Shown here: one piece after another, positions 51,646 through 64,000 of the stretch
Layout: each line of letters starts with the position of its first letter
Position numbering within the stretch: position 1 is the first letter of the stretch
Assembly: GCF_963676685.1 (NCBI RefSeq)
Contig: NC_092349.1
Coordinates: 14,384,001 to 14,448,000 of the forward strand
DNA from: Mytilus edulis
Taxonomy: Eukaryota
Direction: 5' to 3'
Length of the DNA stretch: 64,000 nucleotides
Made by a program: the position numbers and the translations under genes
The notes under the pieces: generated by a model
The model's input: the letters and a program-made list of their open reading frames with translations, nothing else
Database searches by the model: none
Told to the model about the DNA's origin: nothing

Positions 51646-54600
51646 TTCAAATTATAATCCTGGTACCTTTGATAACTATGTTAGTCATATTCTCGTTCAT
51701 TTTAAAAAATTAAAAAAATGATGGTTTTATTGTATAGAACCTATGTCTGGACGTTTTTTATCTTCTTAAGAACGTGTTTTATTGTTCTGTTATTTGTCGT
51801 TACAGTTTAATCCATTTTTGATAATATGCTCTTGGCGTTGCTCGGTACTTTTTGTCATTGTGTTATAGTTCTGTTGACTTTTTTGTATTCTTGTTTTTCA
51901 TTTTCATGCTTTGTCTATATGCAATTTTTTTTTTGTTGTTGTCATATTTGTAAGTTTTCTAGCGATAACGACTATAACACAATGTTGCCCGTTGTACCCT
52001 TTCTTTACATTTTTACCTATGATGTCAGTTTGTTTTGTGAACACATACTTGTCAATACAATGGCACTTTTGCGACTGTTATACAATTAGCCTTGTTACCG
52101 GTTTTTTTCTAACATGATCAACATGCCGCATATTGAGTATGATCTGCTTATCCTTCAACGAGCACCTGAAATAACCGCCAGTTTTTGTTGGGGTTCGTGT
52201 TGCTTAGTCTTTAGTTTTCTATATTGTGTTTTGTGTTCTATTGTCAGTTTGTCAGTTTGTTTGCTTTTTCTTTTTTCAGCAATGGCGTTTTCAGTTTAAT
52301 TTTCGACTGAATGTCTTTCTGGTATCTTTCGTCCCTGTTTGGAAGTGAGAAGTGTCGCCGCTAGCCATCAAACAGATTTCATCAACCCTTTTCTACATAC
52401 GGAAGGGCCTTTACCAAATACAATTCATGCATTTATGAGTGCTAGCACGGAATCAACATGATTTAAAATGCAACAGCATTTATTATCGATTTTATATTTC
52501 ATTTTTCTGATGCGTTTCTTGGTTCGTGACGATGACCTTGTGTTGCAAATTAAAAATAATCACCAAATAAATGACACAAAACTATTAGATTAGTTTAGAT
52601 ACTTTTTTTTATATAAAGAATATGTTACTATATAAATTAGCTTGTCGAGACACAATAAATACATATATTTAAACAGAAAAATATAGACTGTTACTGAAAT
52701 ATACATAGTACTACCATAATTTTACGATATCGTGAACACAACTAAAAATGACATAAAACACTCAGGAAAGTAATACAAAATAGGAAAACAAATAAATCTA
52801 TTCTCACTTCTTACCACAACTAATGACATACATTTTGTTTTACAGATATTAATTTCACTGAAATCTACTACCCCCTTATCACACAGTACAATACACGTTC
52901 CTTATTTTAACCTGACAATATGGCTGAGTCTGAAATTGTATAGCGGCTGATTAATGCATAGCAGAAGATGCTAACGCATGCTCCTGTTACACTTATGTTT
53001 CCCTGGGAGTCAACAGTTTTTGTATTTCACCTTGATTGTTATGTTCTTATTGGATGTTTTAAAATCATTTAACATCAGTTAACCACAATTGTCTTAAAGT
53101 GTTGACCCAATATAAAAAAAATCTTATGAAGCAAAAAGCATGCAATGACATATGTTAATTACATGACTAAATGAGTGTAACAACAACTCACACCAGCTAA
53201 AATATTTACACCAGGGTCTAAAAGTTTGCTAACATTTGTCAACAGATAATAAAAAAAACATCTATAGACACGGTGTGAACTGCAGGTTGTGTATAACTTT
53301 GGACCATGGTTCATATTGCGTCGAATAAAAAGTAAAATCACAAAAATACTGAACATAGAGTGAAATATAATCGAAAAGTCCATAATCACATGGCAAAATC
53401 AAATGACAAAACACATCAAAAACGAATGGACAAGAACTGTCATATTCCTGACTTAGTACAAGCATTTTCAAATGTAGAAAATGGTGGATTAAACCTGCAT
53501 TTAGTTAGCTAAACCTCAAACTTTGATGACAGTAATGAATAAAGATGTTGAATAATTCTTACTGATAATATGACTCCACATAAGACAAAAAGGGAAAAAG
53601 TTGGTTTAGTCTTACAGGAATAATCCGTCAAATCTCGCTTAATTATCAGATTATTTTTTTCGAAAACAAAGACTGCAATGTAATAAAATATTTTTAGTCC
53701 TTTATAAATATTCACATGATGATTTCGTCCTTTTACTGTACAAATGCAATATGTAATGACCTACTGTTCCGCTTTATAAATTTGTTCGAGTGTTTTCAAA
53801 TTATCATGATATCTTGGAAATTAATTTATCAAAGTATGTTACCCTGTAGGGCCTTCATAGCAAACTTTGTGTTAGCAATTAACGTATTACGGTGACGAAA
53901 TCATCAAATGTAATATTATTCCAAAAATTTTCGAATTGTACATTGTAAATATTTTAAGATAATTGCCATTTAGAATGAAAGATTGAATTGGTATGCTGTG
54001 TTCTCGTTCGAGGGAACAAAATGAGGAACAATCTTGAGGACAGAGTAGTTTCTAAGATATTTATTGATGATTGAGCAAAGGGAGCAAAAACAGGATTTTC
54101 ATTAACTGTGTCATTAGACGTTTTAACATAAAGACATTATTTAAGTTACAAGAGAAGCACACAAAATTGACATTCATATCATAAAGGCGTAGGGCCACAA
54201 AGGTGTCAATTAGGCCCTAAAATATAACTTTGTGATATCATATGCAAAAACATATACTTATGATCTTTAACATGTAAAACTAAATGAACAAGACCTTTAT
54301 TCTGTATGCTGTTCATTTTAACAATTAGACAGCTTCAATAGTATGATATCAAACAGGATTATATCCAGATTGCATGTTTTAATACATTTGCAAGGTTTAT
54401 TTCCTTCTAAAAAACATTGGAAACAGCTTTCGATCAAAATACATTTGTTTTCAAAGAATTTATATGGTCAGATACTAAACCTAACACAACATGATGGCAA
54501 ATGTCGTTTAAAGCAGAAACTTTAAGAAGATTTAGCCGAATAAATAGTTCAAATGATAATTTCTTCATAAGAGTAAGCAATAATGACATTATAAGTGTTC

Positions 54601-54929
54601 AAATGTATCAGCACATGTTGATTCTATATTTTTGTTTAAGTTATTTGCCATAAGATGTTAACTGCTATTATTGAATTTATATTTCACAGAATTACAGGGC
54701 TAATTTGACCCTTCGTGAGCCTACTCCTTTATATTAAAAAAATATGTTCTTATTCCCTATATATAAACATATATGACTTTTAACACTTGCAAACTTTCAT
54801 TTGTTTTATAAAAATATTAAAACGAATACCGATAATACCATTTTACATGTTATAAGCATATCGAAGATTGATTGGAAAATTAAACATATAAAATTTAAAC
54901 ACACCACATAAGACTGGTAATTTTGTTGA

Positions 54930-56800
54930 ATATTTATATTCCTATTCAAATGAGTCGTCTTTTGATTTTGTAGTTAAATACTCCTGTTCTGGTTTCAAGG
55001 AGTTGTCATTTAACTTTTGTGGCATGTTCATGTTCTTGATCTAATGAATAGTCTGTTCATTTTGTGGCGTACTAATGTTCCTGGTCCAATGAGTCGGCTT
55101 TTGATTTTGTTGCATATTCATGTTGTTTCTTCAATGAGTCGTCTTTTGATTTTTTGACGTTGTGTTGTATTCATGTTCTAGATCCAATGAGTCATCTGTT
55201 GATTTTATGTCATATTCATGTTCTTGGTTCAAAGAGTCGTCTGTTGATTTTGTGTCACATTCATGGTCTTGGTCCAATGAGTCTTCTGTTAATTTCGTAG
55301 CATATTCATTTTCTTTGTTCAATGAGTTGTCTGTTGATATTGTGTTATATTCATGTTCTTGGTTCAATGAGTCGTCTGTTGATTTTGTGTCACATACATG
55401 TTCTTGGTCCAATGAGTCGTCTGTGGATTTCGTAGCATATCCATGTTCTTGGTCCAATGAGTTATCTGTTGATTTTGTAGCATATTCATGTTCTTGGTCC
55501 CTTGAGTTGTCTGTTGATTTTGTGGCATGTTTATGTTCTTGGTTCAATGACTTGTCTGTTGATTTTGTGGCATGTTCGTGTTCTTGGTTCAATGAGTTGT
55601 CGGTTGATTTTGTTACATATTCATGTTCTTGATCCAATATGCTGTCTATTGATGTTGTGGCGTTTTCATGTTTATAGTCCAATAAGTTGTCTGTTGATTT
55701 TGTGGCATGTTCATGTTCTTGATTGAATGACTTGTCTGTTGATTTTGTGGCAGGTTCGTGTTCTTGGTCCAATGAGTTGTCTGTTGATTTTGTAGCATAT
55801 TCATGTTCTTGGTTCAATGAGTCGTCTGTAGATTTCGTCTTATATTCCTGTTCTTGGTCCAATATGTTGCTTATTGATTTTGTAGCATGCTTATGTTCTT
55901 GGTCCAAAGAGTCGTCTACTGATTTTGTGGAATGTTCATGTTCTTGGTTCAATGAGTAGTTTGTTGATTTCTTGTCGTATTCATGTTCTTGGTTCAATAT
56001 GTTGTCGGTTGATTTCGTAGCATATTCATGTGCTTGGTTCAATAAGTCGTCTATTGATTTTGTGTCATATTCATGTTCTTGGTTCAATGAGTTGTCTGTT
56101 GATTTCGTGGCATATTCATTTTCTTGGTTCAATGAGTTGTCGGTTGATTTCGTAGCATATTCATGTTCTTGGTTCAATAGGTTGTCTGTTGATTTTGTGT
56201 CATATTCATGTTCTTGGTTCAATGAGTTGTCTTTTGATTTTGAGGCATGTTCATGTTCTTGATCCAATGAGTCGTCTCTTGATTTTGTGGCATATTCATG
56301 TTCTTGGTCCAATGAGTCGTCTGTTGAATTCATAGGAAATTCATGTTCTTGGTTTAATGAGTTGTCTGTTGATTTTGTGGTATTCTCATTGTCTTGGTTC
56401 AATGAGTCGTCTGTTGATTTCGTGTTATATTCATGTTCTTGGTTCAATGAGTCGTCTGTTGATTTTGTGTCATATTCATGTTCTTGGTCCAATGAGTCGT
56501 CAGTGGATTTCGTAGCATATCCATGTTCTTGGTCTAATGAGTTATCTGTTGATTTTGTAGCATATTCATGTTCTTGGTCCCTTGAGCTGTCTGTTGATTT
56601 TGTGGCATGTTCGTGTTCTTGGTTCAATGAGTCGTCTGTAGATTTCGTGTTATATTCCTGTTCTTGGTTCACTGAGTCGTCTGTTGATTTTGATAAAGAT
56701 TTATCTTCCTGTTCCACTGAATCATTCTCCGAGTTTGTTGGATATTCATATCCTTGCTCCAATGAATCGTCTGTTGATTCTGTTGTAGATGTATCTTCCT
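54930..56800 (-). repeat. 45-bp coding minisatellite (~36 in-frame units of TKSTD[DN]SL[DN]QEHEY[AD], plus ~5 degenerate units past the stop)
   Basis: Plus-strand unit TCATGTTCTTGGTTCAATGAGTTGTCTGTTGATTTTGTAGCATAT with strict 45-bp periodicity. Confidence 0.97.
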
Positions 56801-59800
56801 GATCCGTTGAGTCTTCCTCAGAGTTTATTATGTATTGATTTTGGTTGATAGATGTGGCATGAGAGTCCTCATAAGAAAGTTTTCTTTTCATGAAAACTAA
56901 ATCCTTTAAAATCGGCGAACACTGTCTATACAGAGACAAAACTACTAATCGGTTAATCTTGATAACAGCGGCGGACTTACTGTTATACTTTTTTATGAAA
57001 AGATACATAAAAAATACCACAAAGAACTTGTTTTTGTCAATTTGTGTTGGTTTTTCTAGTAGCAGACTCAGTATTTCATTATTTCCATGAAATAGGGCCA
57101 AATGCCATGGTTGGAGACTAGCAAAACCGGTTGCAACATTTGTATCAGCACCATGCTCTAATAAGACTTTGCACACTTCAATATTTCCGTTTTCTGCGCA
57201 CATGTGTAATGGATACTTATTAACATTATAATTGTACGAGGAGAAAAATTCGACAATTGTTTCTTTGTCTTCGTAAATGATCGCATATGACACGGCTAAA
57301 TTTGCAACTTCCATACTCTCTGCACCTCTTTTCAACAACGACTTCAAAATAAACTCATCTGCGCATAAGCAGGCTACGTGAATAGGTGAAAGCATACAAA
57401 TACTATCTCTGTAACCAGTTGAAAGACACAATTTGTCTACATGGCTTGTCAAATTCACGAAAAAATATATATGCCAAACCGATAGTTGACATATTTCATT
57501 TATTGTTTTTACTTGCGATGAAATCATTCGTGTTAAAGGGGCACTAGCTACGATATATATAAAAAAATAAAGTATGATTTTTTTTAGATCAATCATTAAT
57601 CAAATTGGAATAATGAAATAATAATTTGCTTTTAGCAATCAATTTCCTTTAATTTTGTTGAAATAAGCGATTAAACATAATTTTTGACTGATTCACTTGC
57701 AAGTGAAAACGTCATCATCATTCTAACCGGTATTCATGTGAACTTCAAGTTAATCCCTAGCTAGAGATTGACAACGCATGCATTGTACGTATACAGGTTA
57801 TTTAAAGAAAAAGAATGTCAACAATGAAAGTGAAACTACGGTAAACCATTTGATTACGAATTCGATGCACATAAAATCATTCTTATATGGTTAAAAAGAA
57901 TGAGAAACATCTATTTTTAATCTATAAAATAAAATCAAACAGACCTATAAAAATACAATTGCACGTGTTGGTTTAATCTATTCGTATCTTTTTTTTTGTT
58001 TACATCGCTTATATGGTCATCTGAGGTCAAATCGATAGTTAATTAGATGGCGTCTGGACTAAAATACACACGAAACGAACCTATATATAATCTACCCCAT
58101 GCTCTGTAAACTGTTTATTTTAGACTTTTGATAGTTTGGATAAATGTTTTACATTGTTATAAACCAAATATGAGAATTTGAGTCAAATCGGTTACAATGA
58201 ATTTGATAGCTAGTGCCCCTTTAAAGCTACACTTTTTGAAAAACAAGCTAAATGTAATGCACTAAGTTCCGAATGTGTTAAAATTACTTTTTCTTCAGAC
58301 TGTTTTAATTCTAGGGTTAATATAGCTGGTATATATAGGTTGGTCCTTCGTCTAATGAATAACTCTGCAATTTCTGCATTTCCTAACAGACAAGCGATAT
58401 GAAAAGCAGTTAGTTTGAATGAAGAATTTGAAGATATTAACTGCGCAATATTTTCATTGTGCCTAAATTTGATATGGAGAGGGAATATTCTACAAATAAT
58501 GTCAGTTCTATCTGTTTTTCTTAATAGTGATAATATAACTGCTTCGGCTTCCATCAAACTTGCAATATGCAATGGTGTTAATTCAGATTTTGTACCGAAG
58601 AGTTTCTCGTTTTTTTCACCACACAGATGCTGATTGGTAAGGAATTTCATGTGCAAAAAAGAAATATTTGTAGCAATACTGTTAAAGTCGCATTGGATAT
58701 TTGATAAGACTTTTAACCCAGCGTTATGTTGTCTAAAACATAAAATATGAACTGCAGCAATTTGTCCTAATTTTTTAAAGTTTTCATTTATAGTATAAAA
58801 TTTTAAGTATTGTATGTTTTCGGTTAACAAAATAATATGTAGTGAGGATAGACTAGCAAACGATTTCACACAACATTTCATTGTAAATGACCGCAACAAA
58901 CGCGAATTTACATCTTTAAGGCAAGCAACATGCAGAGTTCCAATTTCTGCACTCAAGTTGTCATGCAGAAACGTTTCCATTGTTTTTAGCGATACATCAT
59001 TTTCATCTAAGAAACACAGTAGATGAAAATACGGAATTTCATAGTTAATGTTCATATCATCATTCCTGTACATTAAACATTGTAAGTTATTATCATTGTT
59101 GTGTAAACATGCTGCAATTGCGGAAGTTATTAAAACTCTTTTTTCTTTAGCCTCGCTCATTGCAAAAAATGTATTACAAATAATCCCACGAGTTAAATAC
59201 TGTAGTTCTAATGCTGATAGCATTATTCCTTTTGATGGTATGCTACGGAAAATACTTTCAATATCAATATTACGCAAACAAAAAAAGTCACAAATTTCCA
59301 AAAGCATGTTATTATTTGATACACTGGTTAAAGTAAACATTTTGAGTACGGTAGTCCAATCTTTACAAAGGCATGCATTTAAAACAATACTAAAATTAAA
59401 AGGTTTTCCTATTGTAAAGAGGACAAGGTCTTTGTTTTGCTCTCTGTCGTTCAACACTAAGGCACATAACAAAAGATCCATATCTTGTATTACACGTAAA
59501 TTTGATAAATCAGTGACAACAAAATCTGGCAAATGATCGCATATTTCATCAGTATGCATTTGATGCAGTCTACAATACAATGACCATGATAGAAAGTTAA
59601 TAGAGCAAATGCTTTTTAAATTTTGTTCATTGAATATGTTTAAGATTGCAATGCAAGGATCATTACCAACAAAAAGTAATAACAATAATGGTGTCACCGT
59701 CACAGACGTCTTCATTATACCAGGTTGTCTCATTAAGTTTTCTAACAAATAGGGCTCAGAAATTAAACAACATACTTCAAAATAGGAAGTGTTAAAGACA

Positions 59801-62800
59801 AACAGGTTCCTACTGAAGTAACGTATATTTAAACTCATCAGCTTCCATGTTTTCCACCAAATAAGTAGAACTACAAAATAGATGAATAATTGGCATGGTA
59901 AATGTATTGATCACATTGATGTTATATTCCAGAATTATCCTTAAGTGATCCGTGTATCCTCTGAAGCAGATAAAATGAATAATTGTTATATCTATGCTCT
60001 CAGTGAAATCAAAGCATTCGGATGAAAGAGAAGCTAATGTATCATTATTGTTTACTAACAAGGCAACGGACGGAGCATTAACAAGACATCTAGATACAAG
60101 TGGAAAAGTAGCTCGCCAGGTTAAAATCAATGATGTGATTTCTGAGTTGATTGCAATAATGTCTAGAAGACTAATGTTTGCTGTATCCGTCACAACGGCA
60201 TGGTTTTCTAATAAAATATTAATAAGTTCACAATTGTTTGTTAAAGTTGAATACAAAAGAGGCGTTACTTCGGTCTGGCAATCATCATCTTGTATGTTAT
60301 ATTTTTTTACAACTTCAATAATAGATGAATGATTTCCAGATACTGACGATAAAACTGAAGAAGTAACTGTAAATTTACCATTAACATCAACAAGACCGTT
60401 ACATAAAAATGTGTTGACTAGTTTAGTGAAGCCTAAAATCAAAGCTACTTGAAATGGTGTAAGATTAAGTTTGATTTGATATTTTGTATCGTCATCATAG
60501 GTAAAATGATTCTTTTCTATCAACGTATTACAAAAAACAGACACTTCCATAAAACACACAGGATGCAATGAATTATTTAGCAACATGTTAAGCATCGAGT
60601 TGTTGTTTGACAATACGGATATATATACTGGAGAAAATTCCTCATATTGTAATTCGGGATTTGAAGAGTTGTGGACACATTTTAATCTGATAGAACAATC
60701 AGCATTTCTATTTAGTAAAACACTAACAATGTCTTCATTATTTAACAAACAGGCCAAATGAACTGGTAGTATATTTTCTAACCTTTTGATAGAGGTTTTC
60801 CCTAAAAGGTTTTGAACACCCTGTCCATAAACATCACTTGCAAGATTTATTGACGCATTTGCATCTAGCAGTTTGTGAATCGTATTTACATTTTGATTTG
60901 AAACAGCAATTAAAAGAGGTGTTTCGCCGAAAGCGTTGAGACTATCTACATTTCCTTCAGATGTGATTAGTTTGTCTAGAAGTTCTTCATCCTGCATCCT
61001 ACACGCAAAGTGCATAACACTATCTACATCATTAACTGCATAACCAGCTTGAAAGTAACAAAGCATCTCTTTCAATACTGATTTCATTGGCATGTAAAAT
61101 TCATTTATAATGTGGTGTCTTTTCTCTTCGAATTGTTTTAAAATGTCAAAAGTTTTCAGTTCAAGTAAAACAGAAAGCACATTTTCATGTGAGGAAGAGC
61201 AAGCTAACAACAATGCATTTTCACCATACGCACTTAAAGCATTGACATTTGCATTGCTCTCAATAAGCAGTCTCACAATTTTATCATTACCATTTGTTAT
61301 TGCAATTAGAAGCGGTGTGATCTTACTAAAGGTTGCTTGACTTTCTAAATTGATATGGTCACAGTTCAATAAATATGTTACCACGTCGAAATTACCTGCA
61401 TTACATGCAATGTGTATAGCTGCGTGACCGTCATTGCTGCGTTGTTTATTTATATCTATGCCTAATCTGTGCAAAAAGTGCAAACATGTTGAAGTACTCC
61501 ATTCTGCTGCTAAAAACCATCCTTCATATAAAACTTTCATTGGTGTGTCTTTAAAACAAGAATTGATTAACAATTTGACAAGTGAGACTTTGGATTCACC
61601 GCAAGCCCAAATGAATTCGTTTTCAACAGCTCTTTGTTCGATCGTTGTTATACTTAAAATATCAACTACATCACTAAGTTGTCCATTCAAACACACCTGG
61701 TGAAATGACGCATTTACATTTATATCCGCGCCACGCTGTAACAATAGTTTTCCAATTTCTATATGGCCATTTTTGAGACTTGTGTGCAAGAGCGTCTCGT
61801 CGTTAAAAATAACTTTATTAATATCAATTTCAGTATTATATTCTAATATGATGTTCATAATGTCATATTGTCCTTTTACGCAGGCACGATGCAAGAAGAA
61901 GTCACGTTCATGGCTACAGACATTCCAATGGGCATGATAGTTCAGAAGACGTCGCATAATATCGATGCTACCAATTTTAAATGCAAAGTATAGTGCTGTT
62001 TCACCCATATAATGACAATAATTCACATCGGCATTGTGTTGCAATAAAAGATCTAACATTTCAACATGCTTTTGTTTGCAGGACATTATTAACAAACTCT
62101 CACCAGTTTCATTTATCACATTCGGATTTGCATCTTTTTTCAATAACATTTCTGCCTCTGCAATATTATTATGAATGCAAGAAAAATAGAGCGGACTATA
62201 ACCTTCATACGAGGTTAAATTCACGTTTGCATTCTTTTCAAGAAGTAAACACGTAATTTCGTCATAACCTAAAAAGCAGCTTATATAAAGCGGTGTTTTG
62301 CGATCAATATTGAAGACATTCGTTCGTGCTTTGTTTTCAAGTAGTATCAACAATATATCGTTTTCTCGATCTTTGCATGCTTTAAACACCAATGTTTCTT
62401 TCTGTGGTCCATATCTTTTATCAATATCAGCACCTTTCAAGATAAGTATTTTAAGCATTTCCTTGTGTCTGTTATCATAAGCAATTGAAAGTGGTGTCAT
62501 TCCTGAGCTACTTTTGATATCCATATATTCTTGAATAAGACCACCAATAAAGACACTCTCTTCAGATTGCAGGAGCAGATGTAAACATGCCATATTATTT
62601 GTCTTGCATGCAATGTGCAATGCATTTTCTCCGTCTCTATTTGTAAGTAATGGATCTCCACCATTTTTTATCAAAAGTTCAAGTATATGCGTGCACTCAT
62701 TTCTCGTCGCTATATGGATAGGAGTATCAAAATCTACAGCACGACAATTTACGCTTGCATTGTTTGACACAAACAATTCAACAACCTCTGTTTAGTTAGA

Positions 62801-64000
62801 CTCACAAGCATAGTGAATTGGGGCTTTGTTTTGATGAATAATCGACGTGTCTTGAATAATCACTAAAAGATCTCTGATCGTTTGTATATCACCTATTATA
62901 CAACTTTTGACAAATGTTTCAAACAAAAACATCTCAACTGATGTTTTAAAAACTGTTCCGTCAATTTCACTGTTTTGTAACTCCTTCATGTTTTTAGAAA
63001 AACCTGCCAGTATAGTATTTGATATACGACAACTTTCGAATATAGAAGCCCCGTGTTTTAGAAGCGTTTTCAAGATTGTCCAATCAGCACTGAAACATGC
63101 GATTTGTATTGGGGATAACATAAATGTCTGCTCTTCTCCGGAAACCAAGTCAAAATCTACGAGTAAACCATGAATGCATATAACCTGTTCTGTGTTTATT
63201 AGAATTGGACTATCTATATAATTAGGAAGGTTAGCAATATTGCTTCGTAATAACATTTCGACGATGTTATAATTTCCCATTAAACAAGCTATGTGGAGAG
63301 GAAGAATATCGTGAATAATACTGCAATCAAAATATTTGTTGAATGCTATTTCAGGCCTATAAGTGCTCTGACAATTATTGGCTAAAATGTGAAGCATCAT
63401 TGGATTAACAGAACATTTTAAATTAATTCTTGCTTTGCTATCTAAAAGCATCTTAACAATATTCTCATTATTGCAGATGCTTGCTATATGTAATGCTGAT
63501 ATTGGAAATTCCGGAGTATTAAGATAATTCAACCGTTTATATGCAATTATTTCTATAATATCAACTGCCTCTTTACATTGGAATATCGTGAGACATATAT
63601 CGTCAATACATGTAAGAGTGTTAACGTTTGAATGATTGTTCAATAAAACTTCTACCATATTTTCATTTTTAAAAATACAGGCAACAGATAGTGGAAAACT
63701 TTCTGTTCCAAAACAACTGTTTGGTTCAGCTCCACTGTTTAATAGAAGCTCCATTATATCTAAGTTTTGTTCAAAGCATGCTATTTCCAAAGGAGTTACA
63801 CATGTATCATGCCACTGACCAACTTTTGTCAATAAAGAATTGATATATTCAGGAGATCGAATCGAATAAGCGGCATGCAATGTTAGTTCTTCACTTGCAT
63901 TAACAGCAATGCAAATATCCTTTTGAAGAAATATTGAGCACATCTCATAATTATTCAAAAGACATCCTATATGAAGAGGAAACGGTAAAACTGTAGACTG
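55131..64000 (-). pseudogene. Giant intronless ankyrin-repeat gene with C-terminal 15-aa tandem repeat, disrupted; 5' end lies beyond the window
   Basis: Four consecutive minus ORFs are full of TPLHIAC/GADVN-type ankyrin motifs, and the frame is open to 64000 (QSTVLPFPLHIGCLLNN). ORFs 62792-63958 and 59810-62776 are in the same frame, separated only by TAA (CESN*TEVVELF). There is a frameshift near 59810-59900 and a MITE at 57537-58220. Confidence 0.88.
57537..58220. mobile_element. 684-bp TTAA-target MITE (Kolobok-like) inserted in the ankyrin coding sequence
   Basis: TTAA|AGGGGCACTAGCTA ... TAGCTAGTGCCCCT|TTAA: perfect 14-bp TIRs and TTAA duplication (57533-57536, 58221-58224). Confidence 0.95.

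Noticed and set aside
55162-56802. Plus-strand Cys/Ser/Trp-rich ORFs (YSCSWFNELSVDFV repeats)
   Set aside because: They are the antisense shadow of the 45-bp coding array. They are broken by TGA stops, while the minus frame is uninterrupted and continuous with ankyrin repeats.
62792-62794. Programmed stop-codon readthrough or selenocysteine in the ankyrin gene
   Set aside because: The codon is TAA, not TGA, and the gene has other independent lesions, so a simple nonsense mutation or error is more parsimonious.
58210-64000. Horizontal transfer of the intronless ankyrin gene from a bacterial endosymbiont or giant virus
   Set aside because: Base composition matches the flanks, there are no neighbouring prokaryotic or viral genes, and large single-exon ankyrin regions occur in molluscs. 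It cannot be supported without a phylogeny.

Overview
This is AT-rich, repeat-dense eukaryotic DNA with spliceosomal introns. The repeat families and gene types suggest a bivalve mollusc, probably a mussel (Mytilus-like); that assignment is an inference. Main contents, reconstructed by hand from splice sites and reading frames: (1) a 4-exon secreted PAN/Apple + VOMI (VMO1-like beta-prism) gene (3940-8761, minus); (2) a probable ~119-aa secreted single-Ig-domain gene (21150-23605, minus); (3) a full-length 7.7-kb PIF/Harbinger transposon (38799-46484, 34-bp TIRs, CTG TSD) with an apparently intact 5-exon 340-aa DDE transposase and a convergent 5-exon Myb/SANT-like gene that has a single-base frameshift; (4) the 3' part of a giant intronless ankyrin-repeat gene (about 54930 to past 64000, minus) ending in ~36 copies of a 15-aa acidic/His repeat, now broken by one nonsense codon, one frameshift and a 684-bp TTAA-target MITE whose removal restores the frame exactly. 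Mobile DNA also includes nested DNA transposons (a MULE inside another TIR element), a foldback-like element, HINE/Helentron-like satellite carriers, decayed Penelope-like and non-LTR RT fragments, a tRNA-derived SINE, and several minimal hammerhead ribozymes, one inside a 350-bp retrozyme-like unit.
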